Shown here: piece by piece, positions 1-10,042 of the stretch
How positions within the stretch are numbered: the stretch's first letter is position 1
Layout: every line of letters begins with the position of its first letter
The notes under the pieces: model-generated
What the model was told of the DNA's origin: nothing
Database searches by the model: none
The model's input: only the letters and a program-made list of their open reading frames with translations
Position numbers and translations under genes: made by a program
Assembly: GCA_049968235.1 (NCBI GenBank)
Contig: JBMFRC010000006.1
Coordinates: forward strand, 107,866 to 171,865
Origin: Candidatus Hydrogenedens sp.
GTDB lineage: Bacteria; Hydrogenedentota; Hydrogenedentia; Hydrogenedentales; Hydrogenedentaceae
Reading direction: 5' to 3'
DNA: 64,000 nt

Positions 1-1294
<1,294 letters not shown>

Positions 1295-1343
1295 TTAGAC
1301 TATACATTCTTCTTAATTATAGCAATAAAAAATTAGAGATATT

Positions 1344-3962
1344 TTAAATGTAAACAAGAACTTCTATCTTTTCATTTCCTTCTATCAAACGATATTCTTT
1401 TACATGAAGCATTGCAACAACATCTTTCAAGAGTATTTGACATGCTTCATTTTTCGTGGTTGGACATTTAACTTCTATCTTTGAGACAGGTGCTGCCAAA
1501 CTTATATTCGCATCCGCTTTGGCTTTTCTAATGGGGTTAATCAGCAAGATAAGGTCTTCATATAATTCTGGATATTTTGTTGGAGGCACCTCATTAAACT
1601 CTTCAATAGATGGCCATGGACTCCTGTGAATAGAATTTGCCATGTCTTTATCATTTGAATATTCCCAACTCCAAATCTCCTCTGTAATATAGGGTAAATA
1701 AGGAGCAAATAAACGAATAATAGCACGATGTATTAGTCTTAACGCACTACAAGCGGAGAGCCGTTCATTATTTAATTCCGGTTGATAAACACGAGGTTTT
1801 ATAATTTCCAGATAATTATCACAAAAGACATTCCAGAAAAATTCTTCTGTCAACATTAATGATTGAGCATAATCAAATTCCTCAAAACTGGCGGTTGCTC
1901 TTTGAATACATGTTTTTAGTTCATTTATAACTGAAATGTCAATAGGATTTTGAATAATTCCTCTTTTTAGTAATCCTCTATCCACATTTTGGAGTTGCAT
2001 AATCGCAAATTTACTTGCATTAAATAATTTTGTACATAGTTTTCTACCTACTTTAAAAGCCTGTTCATCGTAAGCAGTGTCCACCCCCAATCGTGCCTTT
2101 GCTGACCAATAACGAACGCTATCTGCACCGTGTTGCTCAATCAGCGGTTCAGGAGTTACTACATTCCCATGACTTTTTGACATTTTTTTTCGGTCAGGGT
2201 CTAATATCCAACCACTTAACACCACATTTTTCCAGGGAATTTCACCATCATGAAGATATGCTTTTACAATAGTGTAAAATGCCCATGTTCGGATAATATC
2301 ATGCGCCTGGGGGCGTATATCCATGGGGAACAATTTTTTATGTCTTTCTGGATTTAAAAACCAATGTGTTGCTATCTGTGGAGTAAGAGAACTTGTTGCC
2401 CATGTATCTAATACATCTGGTTCTCCGGTAAAGCCGTTCGGTTTATCTCTTTGTTCTTCTGTATAACCGTGAGGGACATCCGATAGGGGGTCAATAGGTA
2501 AATCTTTAATATCAGGTAAAATGGGCTTACTATATACAATTATTCCCTCTTCATTTATTGGGTACCATACCGGAATAGGGACACCAAAAAATCTCTGTCG
2601 GCTCAAACACCAGTCCTGATTTAATCCTTCAACCCAGTGTTCATATCGTTTATACATATAATCGGGATGCCAATTTATCTTTTTACCCTGTTCAATAAGT
2701 GCCTCTTTTTTATCAATAATTTTTGTGTACCATTGTCGTGTTGGAACAATTTCCAGAGGTCGGTCACCTTTTTCAAAGAAACGAACTGCATGCGTAATTT
2801 GCGTTTCAGGACGGTCAATTACACTCTCCGTTTGGTTTGCAATTTCGATAATGACCTTCTTGGCATTTCCTGTATATAGTCCCTCCATTCTGGAATAGAC
2901 TTCATTGGCTTTTTGTGGATTCATGGAAGGGACAATCAAGTGGCCTTCATCTAAAGAATTGTTTGGTTTTTCATTGACACTTACAAATTGCACATGTAAT
3001 AAAGTGCCATTCCTCGCCACAATTTGTCGGAGAGGTAAATTGAATTGTTTCCACCATTCCACATCCGTTTGGTCTCCGAATGTACATACCATGACAACAC
3101 CTGTTCCTTTTTCGGGCTCCGCTTTTTCATCTGCCATAATAGGTACGGGAACATGAAACAAAGGCGTTAAGATTGTTTTCCCTATGTATTTCTTATACCT
3201 TTCATCATCTGGATGTACCAGAACTGCAACACAAGCAGGAAGTAATTCGGGACGTGTAGTTGCTATTATGAGATAATCACTACTATCAGGGAAAGGAAAG
3301 CGAAAATAATAAAAAGCAGAAGGGACATCCTTATCTACAAGTTCCGCTTGTGCAATTGCTGTCTGATAATCGATATCCCACAAAACAGGTCTCTCTTCTT
3401 GATATACCTCCCCTTTTTTGTAAAGTTCAATAAAACTTGCCTGAGAAATTAAACGGCAATGTCGGTCTATCGTTGCATATTCTAGGTCCCAGTCATAACT
3501 CATTCCGAGCCTTGTCCATAAGTTCCGAAATGCTTTTTCATCTTCAATAATAACCTGGTCGCATAACTCAATAAAGTTTTTCCTACTTACTGCCATAGGG
3601 GGTGTCCCTTTTTTACCGGGAAAGACTTTAAGATTGGGGTCATATGGCATTGAAGGTTCACAACGGACATTAAGATAATTTTGAACTCTTCGTTCGGTTG
3701 GCAATCCGTTATCATCCCATCCTATTGGGAAAAAGATATTTTTACCTTTCATTCTTTGATAACGAACAATAAAATCTTGATGGGAATAACTGAACATATG
3801 TCCAACATGCAAAGAACCACTTACAGTAGGGGGAGGAGTATCGACAACGAAGGTCTCCTCACGGTTTTTTGTAGGGTCCCAACGATATATCCCTGTTTCT
3901 TTCCATGTTTTTATCCAATTCTCTTCAATTTTCTTTACATCATAATTTTGAGGTAAATCCAT
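1344..3962 (-). CDS. valS: valyl-tRNA synthetase
   Basis: 872 aa class I aaRS. N-terminal PPPTVSGSLHVGH (HIGH motif) and KMSKSHGN (KMSKS motif). Length and N-terminus fit ValRS. Confidence 0.9.
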   Translation of the reverse strand: MDLPQNYDVKKIEENWIKTWKETGIYRWDPTKNREETFVVDTPPPTVSGSLHVGHMFSYSHQDFIVRYQRMKGKNIFFPIGWDDNGLPTERRVQNYLNVRCEPSMPYDPNLKVFPGKKGTPPMAVSRKNFIELCDQVIIEDEKAFRNLWTRLGMSYDWDLEYATIDRHCRLISQASFIELYKKGEVYQEERPVLWDIDYQTAIAQAELVDKDVPSAFYYFRFPFPDSSDYLIIATTRPELLPACVAVLVHPDDERYKKYIGKTILTPLFHVPVPIMADEKAEPEKGTGVVMVCTFGDQTDVEWWKQFNLPLRQIVARNGTLLHVQFVSVNEKPNNSLDEGHLIVPSMNPQKANEVYSRMEGLYTGNAKKVIIEIANQTESVIDRPETQITHAVRFFEKGDRPLEIVPTRQWYTKIIDKKEALIEQGKKINWHPDYMYKRYEHWVEGLNQDWCLSRQRFFGVPIPVWYPINEEGIIVYSKPILPDIKDLPIDPLSDVPHGYTEEQRDKPNGFTGEPDVLDTWATSSLTPQIATHWFLNPERHKKLFPMDIRPQAHDIIRTWAFYTIVKAYLHDGEIPWKNVVLSGWILDPDRKKMSKSHGNVVTPEPLIEQHGADSVRYWSAKARLGVDTAYDEQAFKVGRKLCTKLFNASKFAIMQLQNVDRGLLKRGIIQNPIDISVINELKTCIQRATASFEEFDYAQSLMLTEEFFWNVFCDNYLEIIKPRVYQPELNNERLSACSALRLIHRAIIRLFAPYLPYITEEIWSWEYSNDKDMANSIHRSPWPSIEEFNEVPPTKYPELYEDLILLINPIRKAKADANISLAAPVSKIEVKCPTTKNEACQILLKDVVAMLHVKEYRLIEGNEKIEVLVYI

Positions 3963-4090
3963 AAAAAACCTTCCTTTAATAATTAAAATCTCTTACAAAA
4001 AAATCTGGAAAATCGAAAGGACAGGTAAATAGTATACTAAATCAGAATATTCTTTGGAAAGTTGTAAGTAAAAAATGAATATTTTCACTT

Positions 4091-4750
4091 TTATAGTAGA
4101 TTAAAACCTGTTAAACCGAAAGTGAGTAAAAAACCTGCTATATAATGCAAAGGAGGCGAGATAATTCGTGAACCTAATGTTATCGCAATAATAAGTCCAA
4201 AGGGGCCCATTTGTTGTAAGAATCGTTGTCCTTCCGGTGGAAGAAAATAATTTAAGACATGATGTCCATCTAAAGGAGGTAGTGGAATACAATTGAAAAG
4301 TAGTAAAACAAGATTTATCATTACAATGGAAATGGATACTAAACAGGCTGGAGAGGAAAACATTTCATCCGGGGTTGAAATACCATTAATGATAACGGTT
4401 AATCTTAAAACGAAAGTAAATGCTATAGCCAATAATAAATTTGCTGAGGGTCCTGCTATAGCAACAAAAACAGAATGAAGTCTTGGATTTCTTAAATTCC
4501 GAATGTTTACAGGAACAGGTTTTGCCCAACCAAATAGAAATGGGAATTGCGTTATCATCATCATTAACGGCAAAATAAAAGTTCCCAACAGGTCCGCATG
4601 TTTTATGGGATTTAATGTTAATCGTCCCAACATTCGTGCTGTATGGTCACCAAATCGGTCTGCAGCAGCTGCATGTGCCGCTTCATGTGCGGATAAGCAA
4701 AATAGCAAGCATATATATTGTACCAAGATTTGTAAAATATGGTCAGCCAC
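4091..4750 (-). CDS. site-2 protease family (peptidase M50B) zinc metalloprotease, membrane
   Basis: Polytopic membrane protein with HEAAHAAAADRFGD (HExxH in a TM helix) followed by TLNPIKHADLLGT, typical of M50B/SpoIVFB-like proteases. Confidence 0.75.
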   Translation of the reverse strand: MADHILQILVQYICLLFCLSAHEAAHAAAADRFGDHTARMLGRLTLNPIKHADLLGTFILPLMMMITQFPFLFGWAKPVPVNIRNLRNPRLHSVFVAIAGPSANLLLAIAFTFVLRLTVIINGISTPDEMFSSPACLVSISIVMINLVLLLFNCIPLPPLDGHHVLNYFLPPEGQRFLQQMGPFGLIIAITLGSRIISPPLHYIAGFLLTFGLTGFNLL

Positions 4751-4861
4751 TTAAATAACCCTCGTATAATATTGTGTAAGTATACTTTATATATAATATG
4801 ACATGTCAAAAAGGTATAATGTTTCTAAAATCTATATAATCTATATTTTTTACAACTATAT

Positions 4862-6373
4862 ATGATTGATACATTATTATTGAAAACATATATCACTATT
4901 CTTTCAGTCTTATCTAAGAATAAAGATAATCTATCCGAAAATTTCATTTCGCTTAACGATTTTTTACATCTTTTTTCTCAACCCAAACTCAACCTCATAA
5001 ATACGAAAGACTTCTTACAACAGGTAGAAGAGTGTTTTAATCTTCACATAGAAACTGGAAATAAGCTACATTCTGTTCATTTGAATATTGATAAAATGAT
5101 TGTATTAAATTGTCTGTCTATCTTTAATAAACTTATCGGTAAAAATATTTTTTCTATTTATTATGAGGAAACACAAGAAGGTGGTTTTCTCATTCCGAAT
5201 CTCACTTTGTTTTCATCGAATAATCTGGAGCAATTGTCAAATTTTATCTTGGTTAATAATTTTTTACCTTTAAATACTTCATTCATTAATACACAGTGGA
5301 CTAAAATCACAAATGGTGGAAAAATACAAATCAAACAAAATCAAATTATATTCAAGCTTGCTGGTTTTAAATTACCAGCCAGGAACAATCCTTTATGTGA
5401 ATTTGCCCCTGAATTTTCTTCTGCATTAGAAGAAGAAATCGAAAGTCTCATCTCTAATTATATATCCTCATGGGATTTTAATAAGATAATTGATATTCAT
5501 GTATTTTTCAATTCTATATGGGAATATTTAAGACCGTTTATAACTAATCCTAATAAAATAGAGATTAGAATAGATAAACCTATCCCTATACTAAAGATAT
5601 CGGAACTCAGTTTATCTTCAATACTTCTTTGTAATATTTCTCCATTTATCATTTTGCATAACCTTCTAACAGGGATATTCAGTATTAGTTATGAGACAAA
5701 AGGGAAAAACTTTATGGTCGAAACAGTAATAAGAACGGAGAAACCTTTTGAATATCCTTTAATTGCCCAAAGGGCAATTAAATATTTCGTGGAACAAATA
5801 AAAGGAAGTCTAACCATTGAAAGTAAACAAATAAAAAATGATTGTATATTTACAACTACACTTTCTATTCCCGACAATATCGGCATTTTTTTAGATACCG
5901 AATTACATGGTTGGGAGTGTCTAACAGCAGAAAGTCAGGATATTTTACGACGATTGAGTTATGAATGTTCAATACCTTATGAACATCCATTTATTTCAGA
6001 ACTTATTCGATTTGAAATAGAAAATTATTTTCGTGAACTTTTCTCAAAGCCTCTATTTATCAATCTTTCCCATGAATTATTGGAGAGAAACAAGCGTTAT
6101 ATCAGTCATACTATAAAATCTATGTTAGAGGAAATAGAAAAAGGAAAAATCAAAAAGAATTCTTTTAATCCTTTATCCATAGGACAAATAATGGATGCCT
6201 TTTTAAGTTTACCTGACGTAGAAAATAGATTTCGTAAAATTTTTAATACAGATACAGTCAATATGACACATTTATTAGAATTATCGAAAACATTAAAAGA
6301 ATTCCCCCACTCCAGCAAATCATTGATTTCTATATTAATTTTCTTTATACAAAATACAAAGAAGTCCAATTAA
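4862..6373 (+). CDS. hypothetical protein (503 aa, Asn/Ile-rich, no recognisable motif)
   Basis: Long uninterrupted ORF with no motifs I can recognise. Confidence 0.5.
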   Translation: MIDTLLLKTYITILSVLSKNKDNLSENFISLNDFLHLFSQPKLNLINTKDFLQQVEECFNLHIETGNKLHSVHLNIDKMIVLNCLSIFNKLIGKNIFSIYYEETQEGGFLIPNLTLFSSNNLEQLSNFILVNNFLPLNTSFINTQWTKITNGGKIQIKQNQIIFKLAGFKLPARNNPLCEFAPEFSSALEEEIESLISNYISSWDFNKIIDIHVFFNSIWEYLRPFITNPNKIEIRIDKPIPILKISELSLSSILLCNISPFIILHNLLTGIFSISYETKGKNFMVETVIRTEKPFEYPLIAQRAIKYFVEQIKGSLTIESKQIKNDCIFTTTLSIPDNIGIFLDTELHGWECLTAESQDILRRLSYECSIPYEHPFISELIRFEIENYFRELFSKPLFINLSHELLERNKRYISHTIKSMLEEIEKGKIKKNSFNPLSIGQIMDAFLSLPDVENRFRKIFNTDTVNMTHLLELSKTLKEFPHSSKSLISILIFFIQNTKKSN

Positions 6374-6379
6374 TAGCTT

Positions 6380-6919
6380 CTAAACTTTTAATGTTTTGAT
6401 AATGTTATTTATTTCATTCTCTATTAACTTATATATCTCTATATCATTCATATTCGAGAATCTTTCTCTACATTCTCCCGTGTGAATTGATAAAAGTGTG
6501 TGTGTATTGTGGATAATATAAATTTGCATATTAATATTGGGATTCGTAATAAACATTCCGGCAATGGAATTCCCTAAATCTCCTACTGGCATCCTGTCAA
6601 TATTTGATAACACAAAAGTCAACGCAACCCTGGCACCTCCTAAATCTTCACTTTTACCAATTACAACATCGCCACCGGCTCTTTCTGCTGAACCTTTAGC
6701 CAAACTTAATCCCATTCCCACTATTTTTGATTTTTTTGTTGTATAAAATGGGTCAAACAACTGTTCTTCATCAACGCTAAAACCTTTTCCATTATCTTCA
6801 ATTATCAGGGTAAGCAAATCAGTTTCCTCATTTATATCCAACAAAATTCGTATCTCATTTGCACCTGCATTAATTGAATTTTCTATCAAATCAAGGATAT
6901 GTAAAGAGAGTTCAATCAA
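6380..6919 (-). CDS. stand-alone histidine-kinase-like ATPase (HATPase_c) protein
   Basis: IIEDNGKGF...DPFYTTK...GMGLSLAKGSAERAGGDV matches the N/G1/G2 boxes of GHKL ATPases. There is no HisKA or H-box. It overlaps the upstream PHP gene by 8 nt. Confidence 0.65.
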   Translation of the reverse strand: MIELSLHILDLIENSINAGANEIRILLDINEETDLLTLIIEDNGKGFSVDEEQLFDPFYTTKKSKIVGMGLSLAKGSAERAGGDVVIGKSEDLGGARVALTFVLSNIDRMPVGDLGNSIAGMFITNPNINMQIYIIHNTHTLLSIHTGECRERFSNMNDIEIYKLIENEINNIIKTLKV

Positions 6920-7682
6920 TTTCTATGACCTCCAAAACAGTATTTGTCCTTATTCCTTTTTTTATACCGTCAAAAGTGAGACTATCCACGCATATTTCTG
7001 TTCGAACATGCCCAATTTCATCTATAGAATGTGCATCTGAAGAAGTAATTACCGGAAGATTTTGAGGTAGTGAATATATGATACTTTTTAAAAGAAACTC
7101 TTTCTTTTCGATAACCCTTTTTACTGATATAGGTGATATTTCTAACACATCAAACACATTGTCAGGAATAATACCCAGCTGGCTTGTAATAGAAAAAGAA
7201 GGGCGGTCAACATGACTGGCAATAATCATTGCGTTATATTTTCTTAATAATGCAATTACATTTTCTAAATTCATACCCGATGATAAATACAGCGATTTTT
7301 CTTCTTCTCCTATAACTTCTCCTTTTGAATTAATAATTAGCTGAGGTTCTAAAAAGTCTTTCTTGTTTAACTCTTCACTTAAAGTTTCTCTTATAATTTT
7401 TCCAACCGACTCTGCATCTTCTAAATCGGGAAATATCCCTAAAACATGTACTTCTTCTTCAGTTGTAATCTCTATTCCTGGAAGAAATAATATCTGTGGG
7501 AACCAATTCTGTCCATATTCATAAAATGCCCGCACATTCCTCGTGCTATTGTGATCACATATAGCAAATGCATTTATCCCTTTTTTTATTAAGCGTGGAT
7601 ATATATTCTGGGGTAGCATCATTCGGTCTGCACATGGGGATAAAACAGAATGAATATGTAAGTCAGAAAATAATATGGACAA
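6912..7682 (-). CDS. PHP-domain phosphoesterase
   Basis: N-terminal FSDLHIHSVLSPCAD...AFAICDHNS, matching the PHP (polymerase/histidinol-phosphatase) metal-binding motifs HxH and DHN. Confidence 0.7.
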   Translation of the reverse strand: MSILFSDLHIHSVLSPCADRMMLPQNIYPRLIKKGINAFAICDHNSTRNVRAFYEYGQNWFPQILFLPGIEITTEEEVHVLGIFPDLEDAESVGKIIRETLSEELNKKDFLEPQLIINSKGEVIGEEEKSLYLSSGMNLENVIALLRKYNAMIIASHVDRPSFSITSQLGIIPDNVFDVLEISPISVKRVIEKKEFLLKSIIYSLPQNLPVITSSDAHSIDEIGHVRTEICVDSLTFDGIKKGIRTNTVLEVIEID

Positions 7683-7686
7683 AACA

Positions 7687-8037
7687 CTACCCTCTTATAC
7701 CCAACTCATACAATTTTCCAACAATATTAAATGCAGTATCGGAAGATGAAAATAATAATATTTTTTCTTGTTCTGCTTTCTTCATGACATTATCATCGGG
7801 ATGGCGGTTTTGTATAAAAATGACTGCAGAAATTTCTGCATGGACACATACCGCTATTACATTGATATGTGTCTGTAAAGTAATTAGAATAGAGCCTTTT
7901 TTCGCATTTGCTAAAACATCACTCAGTAAATCCGATACATACCCTTCACTAACTTCTCTATCTAATAAGTCAGCAATTTCAGGAGTAAGTAATTCCAATT
8001 GTAATTCCTCATAAATTTCTTTTAATTTCTTACTCAT
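7687..8037 (-). CDS. DRTGG-domain-like small protein (paralog of 9631..9975)
   Basis: 116 aa. VSDLLSDVL...ILITLQTHINVIAVCVHAE...ILLFSSSDTAFNIVGKL aligns with the DRTGG protein at 9631..9975 (SDLIHSASENTLIITHLNHISL...AFLLVSSLEMYETCGVI). Confidence 0.55.
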   Translation of the reverse strand: MSKKLKEIYEELQLELLTPEIADLLDREVSEGYVSDLLSDVLANAKKGSILITLQTHINVIAVCVHAEISAVIFIQNRHPDDNVMKKAEQEKILLFSSSDTAFNIVGKLYELGIRG

Positions 8038-8053
8038 ACATTTATCTCCATTT

Positions 8054-9634
8054 TTACATTCTATTCAAATATGGGCAGTTGTTTATATCTTTCTTCATTA
8101 TTACAATGTCTTCTGCAAAATTCAAGCATGCGGGTGCTCCACAAACTCCACAATCATAGCCGGGTAATTTTTTATTTATTTTTTCTATCTCACTAAGTTT
8201 CTGAATCGCTATTCTTACATCCTCATCAAGTCGCACACCTTTCCGTGAATTGATAGTGGATACACGGTATATTGCATCTATTTTTTGATTTTCATATTTA
8301 TGCTTCTGTTCATTCCAGAATGAATCAAAAATTATTTTTGACATGGTGGGTTCTTCACCCCAATATGGAGAGCCAAAACAGCCATTATAGCAAGCATACA
8401 ATTCCACCATTTTTATAGGGACAGGTAATTGTTTCTTTTCTATATTTTCTAAAAACGTTTTTACCTGCTCTATTCCAGATATTGTTACTATGCCATCATT
8501 GCTATTTTTGTCAATATTTATATTGTGTATTTTATCTTTTTGTTTTTTCTTATTTGTTTCTTTATATATATCCATTATCATTTCAAATGATTTCTGGGGA
8601 GAAATCATTTGAATAGAAATATCTAAATTTTTATTGTTATTAACTGCGGATATCTGAGCAGGACAAGAAGGTATAAAAAAGATATTTCGTCTTTCAGCGA
8701 AACTACTTATCGCTGTTTCTATAGGTCCCAAATAGGGAGCAATATTATCAATCAATGAAGGATATTCCGTTTGTATCCAGTATAGGACTGCGGGACAAAC
8801 GGGTAATATTAAAGGGAAATTAATTTTTTCATTGTTCTCAATATATTTTTGTGTTTCTTTTTGTAATACTTCCTCCCATAATACTAATGGAAATACTTCC
8901 AATCCTTTTCTGTGGAATTTTTCTTCGAACTCATCCCATGAATAATAAAGTAGAATAGAAGCAATCCATGGTGAGGGGGCGATAAGTATTCCCTGCTTTT
9001 CCTTTTCATGATTTTTCTCGCAATCCTCCAAATCAAATACTTTCGTAGGACATATCTTTATACATTCATTACAATTGATGCAATGGTGAGACAAAATATA
9101 CAAGTTTTTTTCATACAGTCTTATGGCTTTTGTGGGACATCTTGATAGACATTGCAAACATTTTTTACATTTCTCTGCCGTTACATGAACATAACTATCA
9201 ACTTTTGAAAAATCTTTGTCTGACTTTACAAATATAAGTATTTTTAACAAAGTGCCTGTGGGCTCGCTATGTATAACAAAGTAGTCTGAATTTTTCCTTA
9301 TGTTAGGTAAACCCATTCCTGCTCCGAAACCCATTTCTCTTGCTTCGTCGGGTGCAGTAGAGTACCCTTCCTGAACAGCAAGGTCAATTCGGGGAATACC
9401 GGGTCCTGTATCCTTAACTACAATCTCAATTTTTTCATCATCTATTGTAAAATTAATTTCTCCTCCATAAGAATGGATAATAACATTCATCTCCGACTCA
9501 TAAACGGCAATCATAATCTTTCGGATTATTTCGGGGGCTATTGCCAACTTACTTAATATTTCTTTAATTTTTGAAGAAACCTGTCCGCCACCTAAATAAT
9601 CTCCTTTTTTTACTGGATATGAACCTGTAATCAT
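8054..9634 (-). CDS. sensory [FeFe]-hydrogenase-like protein fused to an N-terminal RsbW/SpoIIAB-type serine-kinase ATPase; two 4Fe-4S ferredoxin motifs; C-terminal Cx2Cx4Cx16C
   Basis: Residues 40-125 are HATPase_c_2-like (VYESEMNVIIHSYGGEI...VKDTGPGIP...MGFGAGMGLPNIRK). C156xxC159xxC162xxxC166P and C185xxC188xxC191xxxC195P are ferredoxin motifs. H-cluster-like candidate motifs are LPVC280PAV, IPSC324PAQ and E411LYAC415YNGC419FGSP (compare ExMACxxGCxxG). The C-terminus is C495GVC498GAPAC503-x16-C520. Confidence 0.7.
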   Translation of the reverse strand: MITGSYPVKKGDYLGGGQVSSKIKEILSKLAIAPEIIRKIMIAVYESEMNVIIHSYGGEINFTIDDEKIEIVVKDTGPGIPRIDLAVQEGYSTAPDEAREMGFGAGMGLPNIRKNSDYFVIHSEPTGTLLKILIFVKSDKDFSKVDSYVHVTAEKCKKCLQCLSRCPTKAIRLYEKNLYILSHHCINCNECIKICPTKVFDLEDCEKNHEKEKQGILIAPSPWIASILLYYSWDEFEEKFHRKGLEVFPLVLWEEVLQKETQKYIENNEKINFPLILPVCPAVLYWIQTEYPSLIDNIAPYLGPIETAISSFAERRNIFFIPSCPAQISAVNNNKNLDISIQMISPQKSFEMIMDIYKETNKKKQKDKIHNINIDKNSNDGIVTISGIEQVKTFLENIEKKQLPVPIKMVELYACYNGCFGSPYWGEEPTMSKIIFDSFWNEQKHKYENQKIDAIYRVSTINSRKGVRLDEDVRIAIQKLSEIEKINKKLPGYDCGVCGAPACLNFAEDIVIMKKDINNCPYLNRM

Positions 9635-9975
9635 TGTTGTATTTTTCCCTTTTCAAATATTCCATAAATGACACCACAGGTTTCATACATCTCTAAGGAA
9701 GATACTAAAAGAAAGGCTTTATTTTCTTCCGCACTTTCTATCAACTCATGGATAGGTTCTGAGTCTGTAATAAGACATATAGCAGGAACATCAAATATAT
9801 TAAACAACTGAACTAGAGAGATATGATTTAAGTGTGTAATTATCAATGTGTTTTCGCTGGCTGAATGAATTAAATCACTAATTCGGTCCCCTGCAAAAAC
9901 TTTCCCTATTTCTGTTTTTTCCCCTTTAACAACAACCTCTATACCTAATACCTTTATAATATCCTGTATATCCAC
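9631..9975 (-). CDS. DRTGG-domain protein
   Basis: 114 aa. VFAGDRISDLI...LIITHL...AICLITD...AFLLVSSLEMYETCGVI fits the DRTGG (PF07085-type) pattern GDR...vtpldtfetarrl. ATGA start/stop overlap with the downstream hydrogenase-like gene. Confidence 0.6.
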   Translation of the reverse strand: MDIQDIIKVLGIEVVVKGEKTEIGKVFAGDRISDLIHSASENTLIITHLNHISLVQLFNIFDVPAICLITDSEPIHELIESAEENKAFLLVSSLEMYETCGVIYGIFEKGKIQQ

Positions 9976-10042
9976 CTGAAAAACTCCAAAGTATATATCT
10001 ATTCTATCAAAGATTTACTCTGGAGTGTATTTGAAAAAAGGA

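Noticed and set aside
2637-3156. Small plus-strand ORFs (80 and 83 aa) inside valS
   Set aside because: They are antisense to a strongly supported aaRS gene. They are frame artefacts.
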